Below, piece by piece: positions 1 through 10,657 of a DNA stretch of 64,000 bases; within the stretch, counting starts at the first letter, position 1; every line of letters begins with the position of its first letter. Both the position numbers and the translations under genes were made by a program. The stretch comes from a plasmid. The stretch lies in sequence record NZ_CP069608.1; one strand, given 5' to 3'. Below the pieces are notes generated by a model. The model saw only the letters and a program-made list of their open reading frames with translations. It had not been told where the DNA came from and did no database searches.

Positions 1-370
1 AGAGGATCTATTACGTTATTTCCTCTACATATTATCTAACTCAAGGTGAAAGGATGGAATGGCCGAATTTTAATGAAACTGAATTCTCTTAAAAAAGAAC
101 GACTAAATAAAAATTCCATAAAAGCTATAGATACTTTCTCTGATATGTTTTCTATAGAAGAAAAAAGATGCCCTATAATTGATAAATCCTAATATGCATA
201 AAAATAAAGTAAATCAAGTACCATTTTAGTTTCTATAATTCTTATCCTTTTTTAAATTTTTATAAAGGTTTTGAAAAATGAACTCGTTTCCCTAATCTTA
301 TTTAATTTTGGAATCCGTAAAGTGCACCCTCAAAATCAATATATTTGTTTATTAATAGGGGGAAGTAAAA

Positions 371-1897
371 GTGAAAAAGAGATTGTTCTCGCTAATGATA
401 ATATCGTTTCTTCTTTTATGTATATATACCTTTCCAGCCAGCGCTATAGAAAAAGAAAAACGTGAATGGCAAGACGAGACTATGTATTTTTTAATGGTTG
501 ATCGTTTTAATAATGGTGACACCATGAATGATAAAGAAGTAGACAGGCAAAATCGCCTTGCCTATCAAGGCGGTGATTTTAAGGGTATAGTAGATAAACT
601 TGATAAACTCAAAGAGATCGGTTTTACTACCATTGTACTTACACCCATTTTTCAAAATGAAAAGGGGGGCTACCATGGCTATTGGATTACCAACTTTTAT
701 AAGATAAATAAACAATTTGGTTCTATAAAAGAGTTTAAAGATCTTGTGAGCGAAGCTCATGATCGCAATATGAAAGTATTAATTGATTTTCCAGTTACAC
801 ATGTCAGCACTTCGCATCCTTGGGTAGATGAAAAGGGAAAAGAAAATTGGTTCACAAACAAAAAGGATCCCGTTTCTCAAAAATGGCTCGGAAACATGGC
901 AGCTTTAAATCTTGAAAATAATGAAACAAAACAGGAGCTAATTAAAGTAGCAAAATGGTGGGTTAAAAATACAAATCTTGACGGCTATTATTTAAGTAAT
1001 GCGTCCGGGGCACCACTTAATTTTTGGAATGACTTTTCAAAAGAAGTAAAAAGAGAAAAAAAAGATCTCTTTTTACTTGGAGAAAGTCAAAAGAAAGATT
1101 TAAAAACGTTAACGGCTTATGAGAAAACAAGACTTGACGGGATAACCTATTCACGTTTGAATAATCCACTACGTCAACAGTTTATAAAACTTAATAAAGA
1201 TTCTAACGAAACGATTGACCTTCTTCAAAAGAAAGAAGAGACATTCGAAAATTCTCGTCTTTCGGCTAACTATTTAGATTCCTATAAAACAGAACGCTTT
1301 ACACGAGATGTAGTGGAAGAAAAAGTATTCCCAGGGGCACGATGGAAAATGGCTTTAACATACTTATATACTATTCCAGGTCTACCCCTTGTTTATTATG
1401 GGTCAGAAATTGCACTTAACGGAGGTGAAGGTGTAGATAATCATCGGACAATGGATTTTCGTGCAGGTAATGAATTAATCGATTACATTACAAAATTGGG
1501 AGAACTCCGCCAGCAATTGCCTGCTTTAACAAGAGGCACGTATGAATCTATTTATAATAAAAAGGGAATGACAGTTTTCAAAAGAGAATATAAAAAAGAA
1601 ACGTTAATTGTAGCTATTAATAACACAAGTAAAACACAGAAGGTAACTATCCCGGTGTCAAAATTCGCCAAAGGCAAAGAGCTGAGGGGACTCTTAGCAG
1701 GAGATCTTGTACGCCCTAACGAGGAAAAGTTTACAATCATATTAGAACGAGAGCAATCTGAAATTTATGCCCTTGCAAAAAAAACCGGAATTAATATTCC
1801 ATTAATTGTAACATTAGCTACTATCTACATTTTTTTCATACTTTTTATTTTCCAGAATAAGAAATATAGACAGCGAGAACGAAAAAAGTCTGCTTGA
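371..1897 (+). CDS. Secreted GH13 alpha-amylase-family glycoside hydrolase with C-terminal hydrophobic anchor
   Basis: GTG start 8 nt after AGGGGGAAG RBS. N-terminal signal peptide (…FPASA). VDRFNNGD, GYHGYW and VLIDFPVTH motifs typical of the GH13 catalytic domain. Hydrophobic C-terminal segment plus basic tail. Confidence 0.85.
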   Translation: MKKRLFSLMIISFLLLCIYTFPASAIEKEKREWQDETMYFLMVDRFNNGDTMNDKEVDRQNRLAYQGGDFKGIVDKLDKLKEIGFTTIVLTPIFQNEKGGYHGYWITNFYKINKQFGSIKEFKDLVSEAHDRNMKVLIDFPVTHVSTSHPWVDEKGKENWFTNKKDPVSQKWLGNMAALNLENNETKQELIKVAKWWVKNTNLDGYYLSNASGAPLNFWNDFSKEVKREKKDLFLLGESQKKDLKTLTAYEKTRLDGITYSRLNNPLRQQFIKLNKDSNETIDLLQKKEETFENSRLSANYLDSYKTERFTRDVVEEKVFPGARWKMALTYLYTIPGLPLVYYGSEIALNGGEGVDNHRTMDFRAGNELIDYITKLGELRQQLPALTRGTYESIYNKKGMTVFKREYKKETLIVAINNTSKTQKVTIPVSKFAKGKELRGLLAGDLVRPNEEKFTIILEREQSEIYALAKKTGINIPLIVTLATIYIFFILFIFQNKKYRQRERKKSA

Positions 1898-2140
1898 ATT
1901 TTAGAAGTTTTAATTAATAAGGAGAGGAAGATCAAGAATCTTTATATAAAATGATTTTTTTAAGGGGAGAAGATAAAAAAACGGAAAAGCTTTTTCTTGT
2001 TAAGAAGTTTTTCCATTTTTTATCTTATAAATTTAGCCATTAATAATCCCTGTTGTATTTAATTGTTGTCGTTGATTAGAATTAGCTATGATGATTTTGA
2101 ATAGTTAGCTTAAACATACACTTAATTAACTTAAACCTCG

Positions 2141-2308
2141 TCACCTTGGTTTTATTATTTCATCTATTCCTTGTAGCTTGTCTTCATATGTTACCTCTTT
2201 TGAAAAACCTTCTGGAACCCCAACTTCATTTGTAAAACCTTGGGGTGAATTTGTTGCTCCTATATCATAATTTTCAGATAAACCTAACTTTTTTATTACC
2301 ATTCTCAT
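2141..2308 (-). CDS. Small hypothetical protein (~53-55 aa)
   Basis: Short minus-strand ORF preceded by AAAGGAG RBS. No recognisable domain. Absent from the ORF track because it is under 60 aa. Confidence 0.25.
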   Translation of the reverse strand: MRMVIKKLGLSENYDIGATNSPQGFTNEVGVPEGFSKEVTYEDKLQGIDEIIKPR

Positions 2309-2653
2309 CTCTCCTTTTTGGAATTTATATTATTTAGTTTTAACTGTAAGAGTAAAATAATAGCTGTTAATAATTACTATTTTAAAATATTCTTTTTCCA
2401 ATTTTAGTTAGTTGGATTATAAACTTTTATACCCTCAGCCTTTATTCCCATGTTATACCACAAAAATCTTAATACGGGTATATAAAATAATACAGATACT
2501 ATTAGGATCCGTTTAATAATTGATGTACCTTTATGGAGTTGTATTTGTCAACTTAAAATCCAGCCATTTCGTCATTAAAAACCCAGCCAATTTTCTGCCT
2601 TCATTTATATAATTGGCCGGTTTTTTAATGCTTTTTTTATTCTTCTTTTCGTT

Positions 2654-3439
2654 CTATCTCTGTTCGATTAATTCTTGTTTCTTCAACCATTTCTCTGTCT
2701 CTTTCATGCGGTAGGAGTCACCAATCATATTCACAATATAGGCTTGATGGGTTAAACGATCAATCATAGCTGCTGTCATGACAGGGTCTTGAAAGATTTC
2801 TCCCCATCTTTCAAAGGATAAGTTCGTTGTAATAATGGTTGATTTCTGATTCGCTCGTAATGATAAATGAGTAAACAATAACTCTGCACCTTCTTTATCA
2901 AATGAAATATAGCCCATTTCATCTGCGATGACTAAATCATATTTTTCAAATCGATTCTGAAAAACTCGTAGAGTTCTCTCCGACCTGCATTCCTTTATTT
3001 GGTTGACTAATAAAGGAACCGTTGTAAACCATACCTTATAACCTTCCATACAAGCTTTTATCCCTAAGCCAATTGCCATGTGAGTCTTTCCTGTACCCGC
3101 ATTGCCAGCTAAAATGACATTTCGGCCTTCTCTGATAAAATCTAAGCTCTTTAAAAGTTTAAATTTTTGCTGGGCATCTTTTGATAAATCCTCAGTTGAT
3201 AGATCTTCTAGATATTTCTTATAGGGAAAGTCTGCACGACGGATTCGATTATATTTGGCAGATTCCTGTCTAGAATCCAGTTCTTTTTGAAGTAACTGTC
3301 GTAAGAATTCTTCATAACTGGCATCTGTTTCAACTGATTCTTTAATCACTTCTTCAAAATCCTGACGGATTTTAGGTAATTTGAGCTCTTTGCTTAATGT
3401 ATTAATTTCCTCTACCAATGCTTGCTTAGAAAGTTCCAT
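2654..3439 (-). CDS. istB: IS21-family helper ATPase IstB
   Basis: Walker A NAGTGKTH and DEMGY Walker B-like motif. Sits immediately downstream of istA on the same strand. Confidence 0.9.
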   Translation of the reverse strand: MELSKQALVEEINTLSKELKLPKIRQDFEEVIKESVETDASYEEFLRQLLQKELDSRQESAKYNRIRRADFPYKKYLEDLSTEDLSKDAQQKFKLLKSLDFIREGRNVILAGNAGTGKTHMAIGLGIKACMEGYKVWFTTVPLLVNQIKECRSERTLRVFQNRFEKYDLVIADEMGYISFDKEGAELLFTHLSLRANQKSTIITTNLSFERWGEIFQDPVMTAAMIDRLTHQAYIVNMIGDSYRMKETEKWLKKQELIEQR

Positions 3440-3452
3440 TTACCTGCACCCC

Positions 3453-5045
3453 TTATTGGATAAATTTCGTTTGGAACAGTTGATCATAGGTCTGAAGATG
3501 TTGTTTAGAATAGTGTTCGATATCGATGGTTTTCTGAGATGAATAGTCTGTAGGTAGATGTAGTCCTTCTCTTTGTTTCGCGCAGATTAATTTGATTTTA
3601 TCTGTGGTGATATGGCTAGGATGAAGAGTAGAGAGTTCTTGAATGCTTTTTTCTATCTGTTCGATAGTAATTCCAGACTTAATAAAGTGTATTAACTCTA
3701 TAAAATCCTTAGGGTGAGTGGTATAGTAAGAGTAGTATATTTTCTTTAATTTTGGATTTACCTGTTGTAATGCTGTGCTATCAGCTAATGCACCAGGCTT
3801 TTTTTGTAGGGTATACAAATAATGTTCAAGGTGTAAGCTCCATTCATGATTTCCAGTTTGTCGTGGATGTAAAGCGATTCTCTTTTCCCGATAAAAACAT
3901 TGAATATGATCGCTGTAAATTTTGATCCGAATCATCTCTCCAACTAGATGGTCCGGTACAGAGTAGTAGTTTTGATCAACGATGACAGTTGAATACTTAG
4001 TCACACGTCCATTTATCACTCTTGCTGCATCAAAAGGCGGGGGCGCTACTAATAAATACTTCTTTTCTTCTTTTATTAAGTCGTTTGGCGTCAAACGAGA
4101 TGATGAGTTCTTCTCTTTGTGATTGAGTTTCAAGCAAATTTCATGTAAATAGTGATTTGCTTTTTCTAATGTGTCAAAGGTATCTTGAAAGGCAAATGCC
4201 TTTCTTCTAATCATCTCTACACTTCGCTCTACATGTCCTTTTTCATTTCCACTTGCTGTATTACAGAAACGGTAATGAAATGAATAATAAAGCGAAAGCT
4301 TTATCAGCGCCTCGGTAGGTTCTCTTTCTGTGCCAATAAATCTCTTTACGGCTACTTTCATATTGTCATATACCATGGTGTGAAATACACCGCCAATATC
4401 TTTAAAGAACAACGAATGAGCTTCTTGAAAACATTCCGTTTTTTGTTTTGTAAATAAATAAGCCATTCTAAAGTTACTATAAGCTGACGTAAACGTGGCC
4501 ATTTGTAAGGCCTGTTTTCTGCCATTAATCATTAATTTGACTTCTCCCCAGTCAAATTCGCAAACCTCTCCAGGCGCGTAAGCTCCTTTAATAAATGCTT
4601 CTTTTTTTGTTTTTTCCATTGCTCTTATCGTGCGAAGAACTGTGCTATAACTAATGGTAAATCCTTCGGATTCTAAGGATTCATGAATATCAACAGCTTT
4701 TTTTATTTGCTTCCTTAACCCCTGTTGCTTTTTCTGCACATTTTCTTCTAGATGCATTTGAATACGATGTAAAATCTCTTTAGATAGCTTTCTTTTCTTG
4801 GAATCACGTTTCTTGTATCTTGGGGCCTCTACAATTTCTTGAATAAGTTCACCAGTATCCGCATTTTTATCTTCACTCAGTAATTTGTTCTTCCTCGTCT
4901 CATACTCACGAATATACTTTCCTACTGTTTCTCGGTTAACGCCTACTAAGCTGGCAATCTTTCTCTGAGAATAACCTTCTCGTACGTGCAGTAATATAAT
5001 CTCCTGTTTCTTTTTCAGCGTAATCATCTCCCCAAATTCCCCCAT
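3453..5045 (-). CDS. istA: IS21-family transposase IstA
   Basis: N-terminal HTH followed by a DDE-type integrase core. The 530-aa size and istA-istB order are typical of IS21. Confidence 0.9.
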   Translation of the reverse strand: MGEFGEMITLKKKQEIILLHVREGYSQRKIASLVGVNRETVGKYIREYETRKNKLLSEDKNADTGELIQEIVEAPRYKKRDSKKRKLSKEILHRIQMHLEENVQKKQQGLRKQIKKAVDIHESLESEGFTISYSTVLRTIRAMEKTKKEAFIKGAYAPGEVCEFDWGEVKLMINGRKQALQMATFTSAYSNFRMAYLFTKQKTECFQEAHSLFFKDIGGVFHTMVYDNMKVAVKRFIGTEREPTEALIKLSLYYSFHYRFCNTASGNEKGHVERSVEMIRRKAFAFQDTFDTLEKANHYLHEICLKLNHKEKNSSSRLTPNDLIKEEKKYLLVAPPPFDAARVINGRVTKYSTVIVDQNYYSVPDHLVGEMIRIKIYSDHIQCFYREKRIALHPRQTGNHEWSLHLEHYLYTLQKKPGALADSTALQQVNPKLKKIYYSYYTTHPKDFIELIHFIKSGITIEQIEKSIQELSTLHPSHITTDKIKLICAKQREGLHLPTDYSSQKTIDIEHYSKQHLQTYDQLFQTKFIQ

Positions 5046-5502
5046 GAACCTACAAAATAGTCTGCATGGGTTTATTATAAACTGGCCGGATTTTCAATGA
5101 CTATGCTGGCTTAGTTTTAGAGTACTAAATACAGGAGTTCTACAAGGTAGTTATTGATTTGGCACTTTAAGACCTTCTCCGTATGTAAAATTCCCTTTTA
5201 TATTCTTATACAAATTCGTATAAATTAGCGAGGAATCTTCTTTCTTATGTTAGGGGAAAATAATAACTATTAGGTCCAAAAAGTAAAATATTTTATTTAA
5301 TATATGTAAATTAAAACAATATTTTCATTTAATTGTCTCATTAATAAAGAAACCTATTGGCATAATAAATTTATACATGAAAATAAAAATTTTAACCATA
5401 AATCTGTAACACTTCCTTCACATATCCTTAATTAATATCTGTTAAAATAAATTATACGTAGTAGTATGTCACTATACTTTAGTAAATAGGATTGGTTTAA
5501 AT

Positions 5503-6933
5503 TTGAAACTTAATTTCCTAAGGTCACCTAAAAATTTAATTAATTATAAGAGAATAAATATATTTAAAAGTACACAAAATCGCTTAACTTTTCTATATAG
5601 TGGGTTAATAATGACTTTTCTTATTCTTTTTGTAGTGGTTGTTTATTCAATACTTTACATAGGAACCATGAAAATTCAAGAGCATAAATTAGAAAATATA
5701 GCAGAGAGCAAAAAGAATATTGTGGAAGATTATTTAACACAACAAAAGGAAGAAAAGAAATTAAATGATATTCAGACACATGAATTAACTCAAAAAGATG
5801 CTGACCAATTTTTTTATTATATAGAAGACTCCGAAAAGAATTTAATTATAGCAGATGAAGTAAATATTCAACTACGGCCCCAAATATTGAAACTTTTACA
5901 AAAATGGAACCCAAGGAAAGTTGATACACATCAAGAAAAGTTGAATATAACTTATTCTGAATTAAAAATTAATCGAGATAGAGATAATGTTATTTTGGGT
6001 AGATCTCAAAAGTCTCGTGAAGTGCGGCTTATGATAGCTGGTCATCCTATTTTTCATAAAAACCAATACATAGGGATGTTGTATATAGGTAAGGATATAT
6101 CGTTTGCTTATCAATTATTTCATTGGCTTCTTGTGGTTTTAATAATTTTAGTTGTTTTATTTTTTGTTATCACATTATTTGTAAGCCATTTGATGTCTAA
6201 GAGATCTATGCTTCCTATTACAGATTCTTTCGAAAAGCAACGTCAATTTGTTGCTGATGCTTCTCATGAATTGCGCACGCCCTTAAGCGTAATGTTGTCT
6301 TCTCTAGACGCAATTGAAATGACAATTGATACCGAAAAAAATAACTTCACTCAGAAACTTCTCCATAATATGAGGAATGAGGTGAAGCGTATGACTAAAT
6401 TAGTAAGTGATTTGTTAACATTAGCTCGTTCAGATTCAAATAAACTTGAAAAAACAATTAAAACGTTCAATTTTCGCTCTCCAGTTGAACAAGCAATTGA
6501 TTCAATAAGGATTCTTGCTAAAGAAAAAAATATTAATATTCATTTAGATGCTGCTGAATCTATTATAGTACAAGGGGATCCTGAAAAATTAACACAGCTG
6601 CTGTACATTTTGTTAGATAACGGTATCAAATACACTCTACCTGGCGGAGATATCTACCTGAATGTAACGATTGATTTATATCAACAACGCCCAACCTTAT
6701 TTCTTAAAGTTCGTGATACAGGTATAGGAATTAAACAAGAAGATTATGATCTAATCTTTAATCGATTTTATAGAATGGATAAATCACGTAACCGACAAAC
6801 TGGGGGGAATGGATTAGGTTTAGCTATTGCTAAATTAATTGTAGAAGCTCATAGTGGAACAATTGAGGTTACAAGTCAGATAAATCAAGGAAGTACGTTT
6901 ACAATTCGAATCCCTTTATCTAAAAAGGCATAA
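5503..6933 (+). CDS. Sensor histidine kinase with no adjacent response regulator
   Basis: Two TM segments flank an extracytoplasmic domain. H-box ADASHELRTPL. HATPase_c motifs (DNGIKYT, GGNGLGLAI). TTG start. An IS21 element lies immediately upstream and no RR gene is nearby. Confidence 0.85.
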   Translation: MKLNFLRSPKNLINYKRINIFKSTQNRLTFLYSGLIMTFLILFVVVVYSILYIGTMKIQEHKLENIAESKKNIVEDYLTQQKEEKKLNDIQTHELTQKDADQFFYYIEDSEKNLIIADEVNIQLRPQILKLLQKWNPRKVDTHQEKLNITYSELKINRDRDNVILGRSQKSREVRLMIAGHPIFHKNQYIGMLYIGKDISFAYQLFHWLLVVLIILVVLFFVITLFVSHLMSKRSMLPITDSFEKQRQFVADASHELRTPLSVMLSSLDAIEMTIDTEKNNFTQKLLHNMRNEVKRMTKLVSDLLTLARSDSNKLEKTIKTFNFRSPVEQAIDSIRILAKEKNINIHLDAAESIIVQGDPEKLTQLLYILLDNGIKYTLPGGDIYLNVTIDLYQQRPTLFLKVRDTGIGIKQEDYDLIFNRFYRMDKSRNRQTGGNGLGLAIAKLIVEAHSGTIEVTSQINQGSTFTIRIPLSKKA

Positions 6934-6978
6934 GGATGTGAAAAGCATCTTTATGCCTTTTGGGGTTTATTTTATACA
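6930..6978 (+). terminator. Rho-independent terminator downstream of the histidine kinase gene
   Basis: AAGGCATAA…TTATGCCTT stem followed by TTTTGGGGTTTATTTT. Confidence 0.5.
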
Positions 6979-7091
6979 GTTATTTCTAAATAGGTTATAG
7001 CTTTATTTATATTACTTAGTTTTTTAGTTCATTTGTGATACATAAATTATAGTCTTTAGAATGATGGTATGAAAATACTTTTGACCGTCAT

Positions 7092-7301
7092 TTATAAATT
7101 TCGAAACACCTTATTATCCTTAGTAAATTTCTTTTTATTATAGTTAAATGTATAATTCCACCACCCTAAGATTCTAAGAATAATTGTCACAACACCTAAG
7201 AAGATTATCCCTGTTCTTGAGAAAGAATAACTATAAAGAATAGTTAAAAGTAATAAAAATAAAATAGTAAGCAATAAAGTAAATATCCAGTATGTCTTCA
7301 C
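7092..7301 (-). CDS. Small hypothetical membrane protein (69 aa)
   Basis: One long hydrophobic segment. No homology recognised. Confidence 0.25.
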   Translation of the reverse strand: MKTYWIFTLLLTILFLLLLTILYSYSFSRTGIIFLGVVTIILRILGWWNYTFNYNKKKFTKDNKVFRNL

Positions 7302-7949
7302 TTCTAAAACCTCCAGATTTCTTGAGAATGATAATGATCTTTCAGCTTGAATTTCACTAGTGAATTACAAATGTATATATTTTTTATTGAATTGAGTTGC
7401 ATACTAATCTTAAGTATTGATTCTTATTTATTGGTTTATTTTTACTTTTATAAAAGAATAACATGATGTTACACTATACTTATTGGTAATTTATAACATA
7501 TGAATGTTTGTGGGTAAAACAATAGATTAACAATCATTTTGAGAATTAAAAATTCAATCTCTTTAAAATTCTTCTAAGAATGATATGATTAATATTTAGT
7601 AAAATAAAAATGATAATTTTTTATTTATTACAAAAAATATAAGTTAGAAACTAAATAAAGAATGCAGCGACAGCGAGGGAGGTAGTATTAAACATAAAGA
7701 TAGAAGAATATATAAATAATAAGACAAAGCTAATACAGTAATATAAATTATACAAGTAAATAAGGTATAAAGGATTTTTTAATTTCTAATTTCTTTATGT
7801 TACAATATAATCGCTTAAGATGGAAGATAGGGATTAATCCCTTATACTCAAAATTTTAGAAAAAAACGTCCTGTTAATAATAAAGCCACTGAAAAAGTGT
7901 TCATTTGTGAAAAAATTAACAAATTTGGTGGTGCTTAAATGTATCCTCA

Positions 7950-7997
7950 AACAAGAAACGGGCCTTAGAAGCGATTCTAGAGGTCCGTTTTTTTATG
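7950..7997. terminator. Hairpin with T-run downstream of czcD-like stop
   Basis: AACGGGCCTTAGAA…TTCTAGAGGTCCGTTTTTTT. Lies 3' of the minus-strand CDF gene. Confidence 0.4.
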
Positions 7998-8112
7998 ACT
8001 ATATTGTTGTTCTGAAAAAAGGGGACTTTTTCAGTGCCCCCGTTAGTAATAGGACGTTTTTTTATTTTATAGATCTTTCTCTGACAACATCCCATATTTT
8101 CTTTTCGCCATT

Positions 8113-9051
8113 TTAATGTTCTTCAATATCACACTTAGTTTCCGGACTATCTATCTGTATAGTAGTATGTTTTATTTTAAATTGTTTCTCTAATATTTCT
8201 TTAGCATTGTTCATAACCATAGAACTACTTTTCAAGTCATTAACTACGATATGGCAGCTGAGAGAAGGGACATCTGATGAAATGGCCCAAATATGGAGAT
8301 CATGTACTTCTAGTGTATTATTTATAGCAACAAGAGCCTCCCGTACCTGAGTGACATCAATGTGAGAGGGAGCTCCCTCCATTAAAATATTAATGGAATC
8401 TCGAGTTACCCTAAAAGCGCTAATAATAATAAGAATAGCCACTAGTACACTCGCTATTGGATCAGCTAAGGTCCATCCGAAAAACATAATTAATAAAGCT
8501 GCAATTATAGCACCGACAGAACCCAGTAAATCCCCAATTACATGAAGAAAAGCACTCCTTACATTAAGATTTTCCGATTTATCACCTTTCATTAGGATAT
8601 AGGCAGCAATAATATTGACGACTAATCCAATAGAAGCAATAATAATCATTCCTGAACTCTGAACTTCAGGTGGCTGTGAAAAGCGTTTATATGATTCCCA
8701 GAATATATACAAAGAAATCACGATTAGGGTAAGACCATTAATAAATGCAGCTAAAACCTCAAACCTTTTATAACCAAAAGTCTTAAATTCAGTCGCTTTT
8801 CGTTCTCCAAAAGTCATCGCTAAATAACTTAACCCCAAAGCTCCAGCATCACTTAACATGTGACCCGCATCGGAAATTAGAGCAAGGCTGTTTGTCATAA
8901 AACCACCAATAGCTTCAATAACCATATATGTGGTGATGATAAAAAAAGAAAGTTTTAACGCCTGTTTATTAGCATTTTTACCATGATTATGCGAATGACC
9001 ATGTGAATGTTTATGATTATGTGAATTCTCTTTTGAATTCATGTACTTCAT
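8113..9051 (-). CDS. czcD: Cation diffusion facilitator (CDF) Zn/Cd/Co efflux transporter, CzcD-like
   Basis: His-rich N-terminus (HNHKHSHGHSHNHG). Six predicted TMs. C-terminal cytoplasmic domain with HIW and HTTIQID motifs typical of CzcD/ZitB. Confidence 0.85.
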   Translation of the reverse strand: MKYMNSKENSHNHKHSHGHSHNHGKNANKQALKLSFFIITTYMVIEAIGGFMTNSLALISDAGHMLSDAGALGLSYLAMTFGERKATEFKTFGYKRFEVLAAFINGLTLIVISLYIFWESYKRFSQPPEVQSSGMIIIASIGLVVNIIAAYILMKGDKSENLNVRSAFLHVIGDLLGSVGAIIAALLIMFFGWTLADPIASVLVAILIIISAFRVTRDSINILMEGAPSHIDVTQVREALVAINNTLEVHDLHIWAISSDVPSLSCHIVVNDLKSSSMVMNNAKEILEKQFKIKHTTIQIDSPETKCDIEEH

Positions 9052-9432
9052 CTCCTATTTTTTTGTTTCTAATTAATAAATTAGTATTTATATTCTACAA
9101 TTAGCCCATAAATAAACCATAAAACCTTTTGTTAAATTATTAAGTTGCATTTTTTCACATTCCAAAAAGTAAAAAAATCTATCCTCTTTAATTGGTAAGT
9201 AGATAAGATTAACCCCAAAATTGACTTTATCAATTATCTATAATTAGATTCCTTTCTCCTATCCGTGCTTAGATAATAATAAGTGCTTTTGAAGATGTGT
9301 TTGGACATCTTATTTTTTCATATATGAAAACTTTTAGCTTGTTCTATGTATTCGAGATTGTACATTTTATTTAGAACGCATAGAAGATAGAGTGAAGTCT
9401 TTCATACCCTAGTCTTCTTACTTTAATTAATA

Positions 9433-9495
9433 ATGTTTAATTTAGATTTAAATAGGTTATTTTATCTAAGAACACTATTTAAATCTAAATTAAAC
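9433..9495. repeat. Perfect 21-bp inverted repeat (hairpin) just upstream of the tandem-repeat gene
   Basis: TGTTTAATTTAGATTTAAATAG…(20 nt)…CTATTTAAATCTAAATTAAAC. Ends ~15 nt before the RBS of the 9514 ORF. Confidence 0.6.
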
Positions 9496-9513
9496 TCGAG
9501 AGGATGAATAACT

Positions 9514-9810
9514 TTGCATACTACGAAGGATTTACATCAAACAGGAGATAAGGTAATTGAATCTGGTCATTATATCGATAAAGACGGTGAACATGTTGAT
9601 TTTAAACAAGGAGAAGTATTTCCGAATTGTCCAAAGACAGACCAGCCTACTACATGGAGGCATGCAGATCATGAACATCAAACAGGGGATAAAGTAACCG
9701 AAACGGGTCATTATGTTGATAAAGACGGTGAACATGTTGATTTTAAACAAGGAGAAGTATTTCCGAATTGTCCAAAAACAAATCAGCCTACTACATGGAG
9801 ACACGCTTGA
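9514..9810 (+). CDS. YjzC-like small protein with an internal tandem duplication (two ~47-aa repeats)
   Basis: The unit HQTGDKV(I/T)E(S/T)GHY(I/V)DKDGEHVDFKQGEVFPNCPKT(D/N)QPTTWRHA occurs twice. The nucleotide repeat is near-perfect. The G-Y-x-G…FP…W pattern resembles the YjzC family. Confidence 0.55.
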   Translation: MHTTKDLHQTGDKVIESGHYIDKDGEHVDFKQGEVFPNCPKTDQPTTWRHADHEHQTGDKVTETGHYVDKDGEHVDFKQGEVFPNCPKTNQPTTWRHA

Positions 9811-9983
9811 TAAATAAAGTGCTTATTAATTATGACTCCAAAAAACAACCTCCTCGATTCTGATGTCTTGAGAGGTTGTTTCTATGTCTTTTCATATTTA
9901 ATCGTAGGGAACATAAATTATACAACTTGACTTACCTAAACTTATTTTAATTATTTAGTAAAATTCAAACTATAAATTTATAT

Positions 9984-10373
9984 TTACCTTCTGAAAACTC
10001 CATCAAATAAACCCAATTTCCGATCTACTATGATAGATAAAATGGCAACGCCAAAAAGTATAAATGTGTCGCGTAACACATGAAGAAAGCTCATATCTTT
10101 TTTTACATAATATCTAGCTTCACTAGCTGAATAATGAGTTGGTAAAAAACTATTTTGTATTTGATTAGAATTGTCTTTCAACTGGTTCTGCGTAGACAAT
10201 TGCTGATTGTATAATATTCTCCCTTGATCTGCATTGCTTAAGTAATTATTTCTATAGAAGGGTATATTACCATATAATAAACTAACTACTAATGGGACAA
10301 AAAGAAACAAAATGACGAGAATCTTTATTATTATATTTATATTAGTTTTCCTTCTTCTTCTCAATATAGACAC
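9984..10373 (-). CDS. Hypothetical membrane protein (129 aa)
   Basis: Two predicted TM helices. No recognisable domain. Confidence 0.35.
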   Translation of the reverse strand: MSILRRRRKTNINIIIKILVILFLFVPLVVSLLYGNIPFYRNNYLSNADQGRILYNQQLSTQNQLKDNSNQIQNSFLPTHYSASEARYYVKKDMSFLHVLRDTFILFGVAILSIIVDRKLGLFDGVFRR

Positions 10374-10657
10374 CCCCTTTTTAAGTCATCTTTCTCAAAG
10401 AGTACTATGTACATTACCTGAATTTTAGTACTCAATACAAAAAAGGTAGGTAATCTTATTATAGAATCAACATTCAGAGAAAAATATATAAAATTATCTT
10501 ATCTTTACATCCCCTTATTAATTTCGTTTTTGATTATAATTACTACCTTGTTAAGACACAAAGTTGTAGATAATGAAGGAATATCACTCGTAAGAGGGAT
10601 GCTATAATGAATTGGCTATAGTGTAAAATATCTATAAAAAATGGAAGGTGATATTAA

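Larger units (their letters stand above)
2534..5134 (-). mobile_element. IS21-family insertion sequence #1 (istA-istB), ~2.6 kb, with 5-bp target-site duplication GGAGT
   Basis: Imperfect terminal inverted repeats: TGTATTTGTCAAC…CCAGCCATTTCGTCATTAAAAACCCAGCC at the left, and the reverse complement of …GGCCGGATTTTCAATGACTATGCTGGC…TACTAAATACA at the right. Ends are TG…CA. Flanked on both sides by GGAGT. Confidence 0.85.

Noticed and set aside
271-465. 64-aa ORF overlapping the amylase start
   Set aside because: Out of frame with, and largely inside, the well-supported GH13 gene. No RBS.
9532-9804. 90-aa minus-strand ORF antisense to the YjzC-like gene
   Set aside because: A mirror-image artefact of the tandem nucleotide repeat. 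Cys/Phe-rich nonsense composition. The sense ORF has an RBS and a family match.
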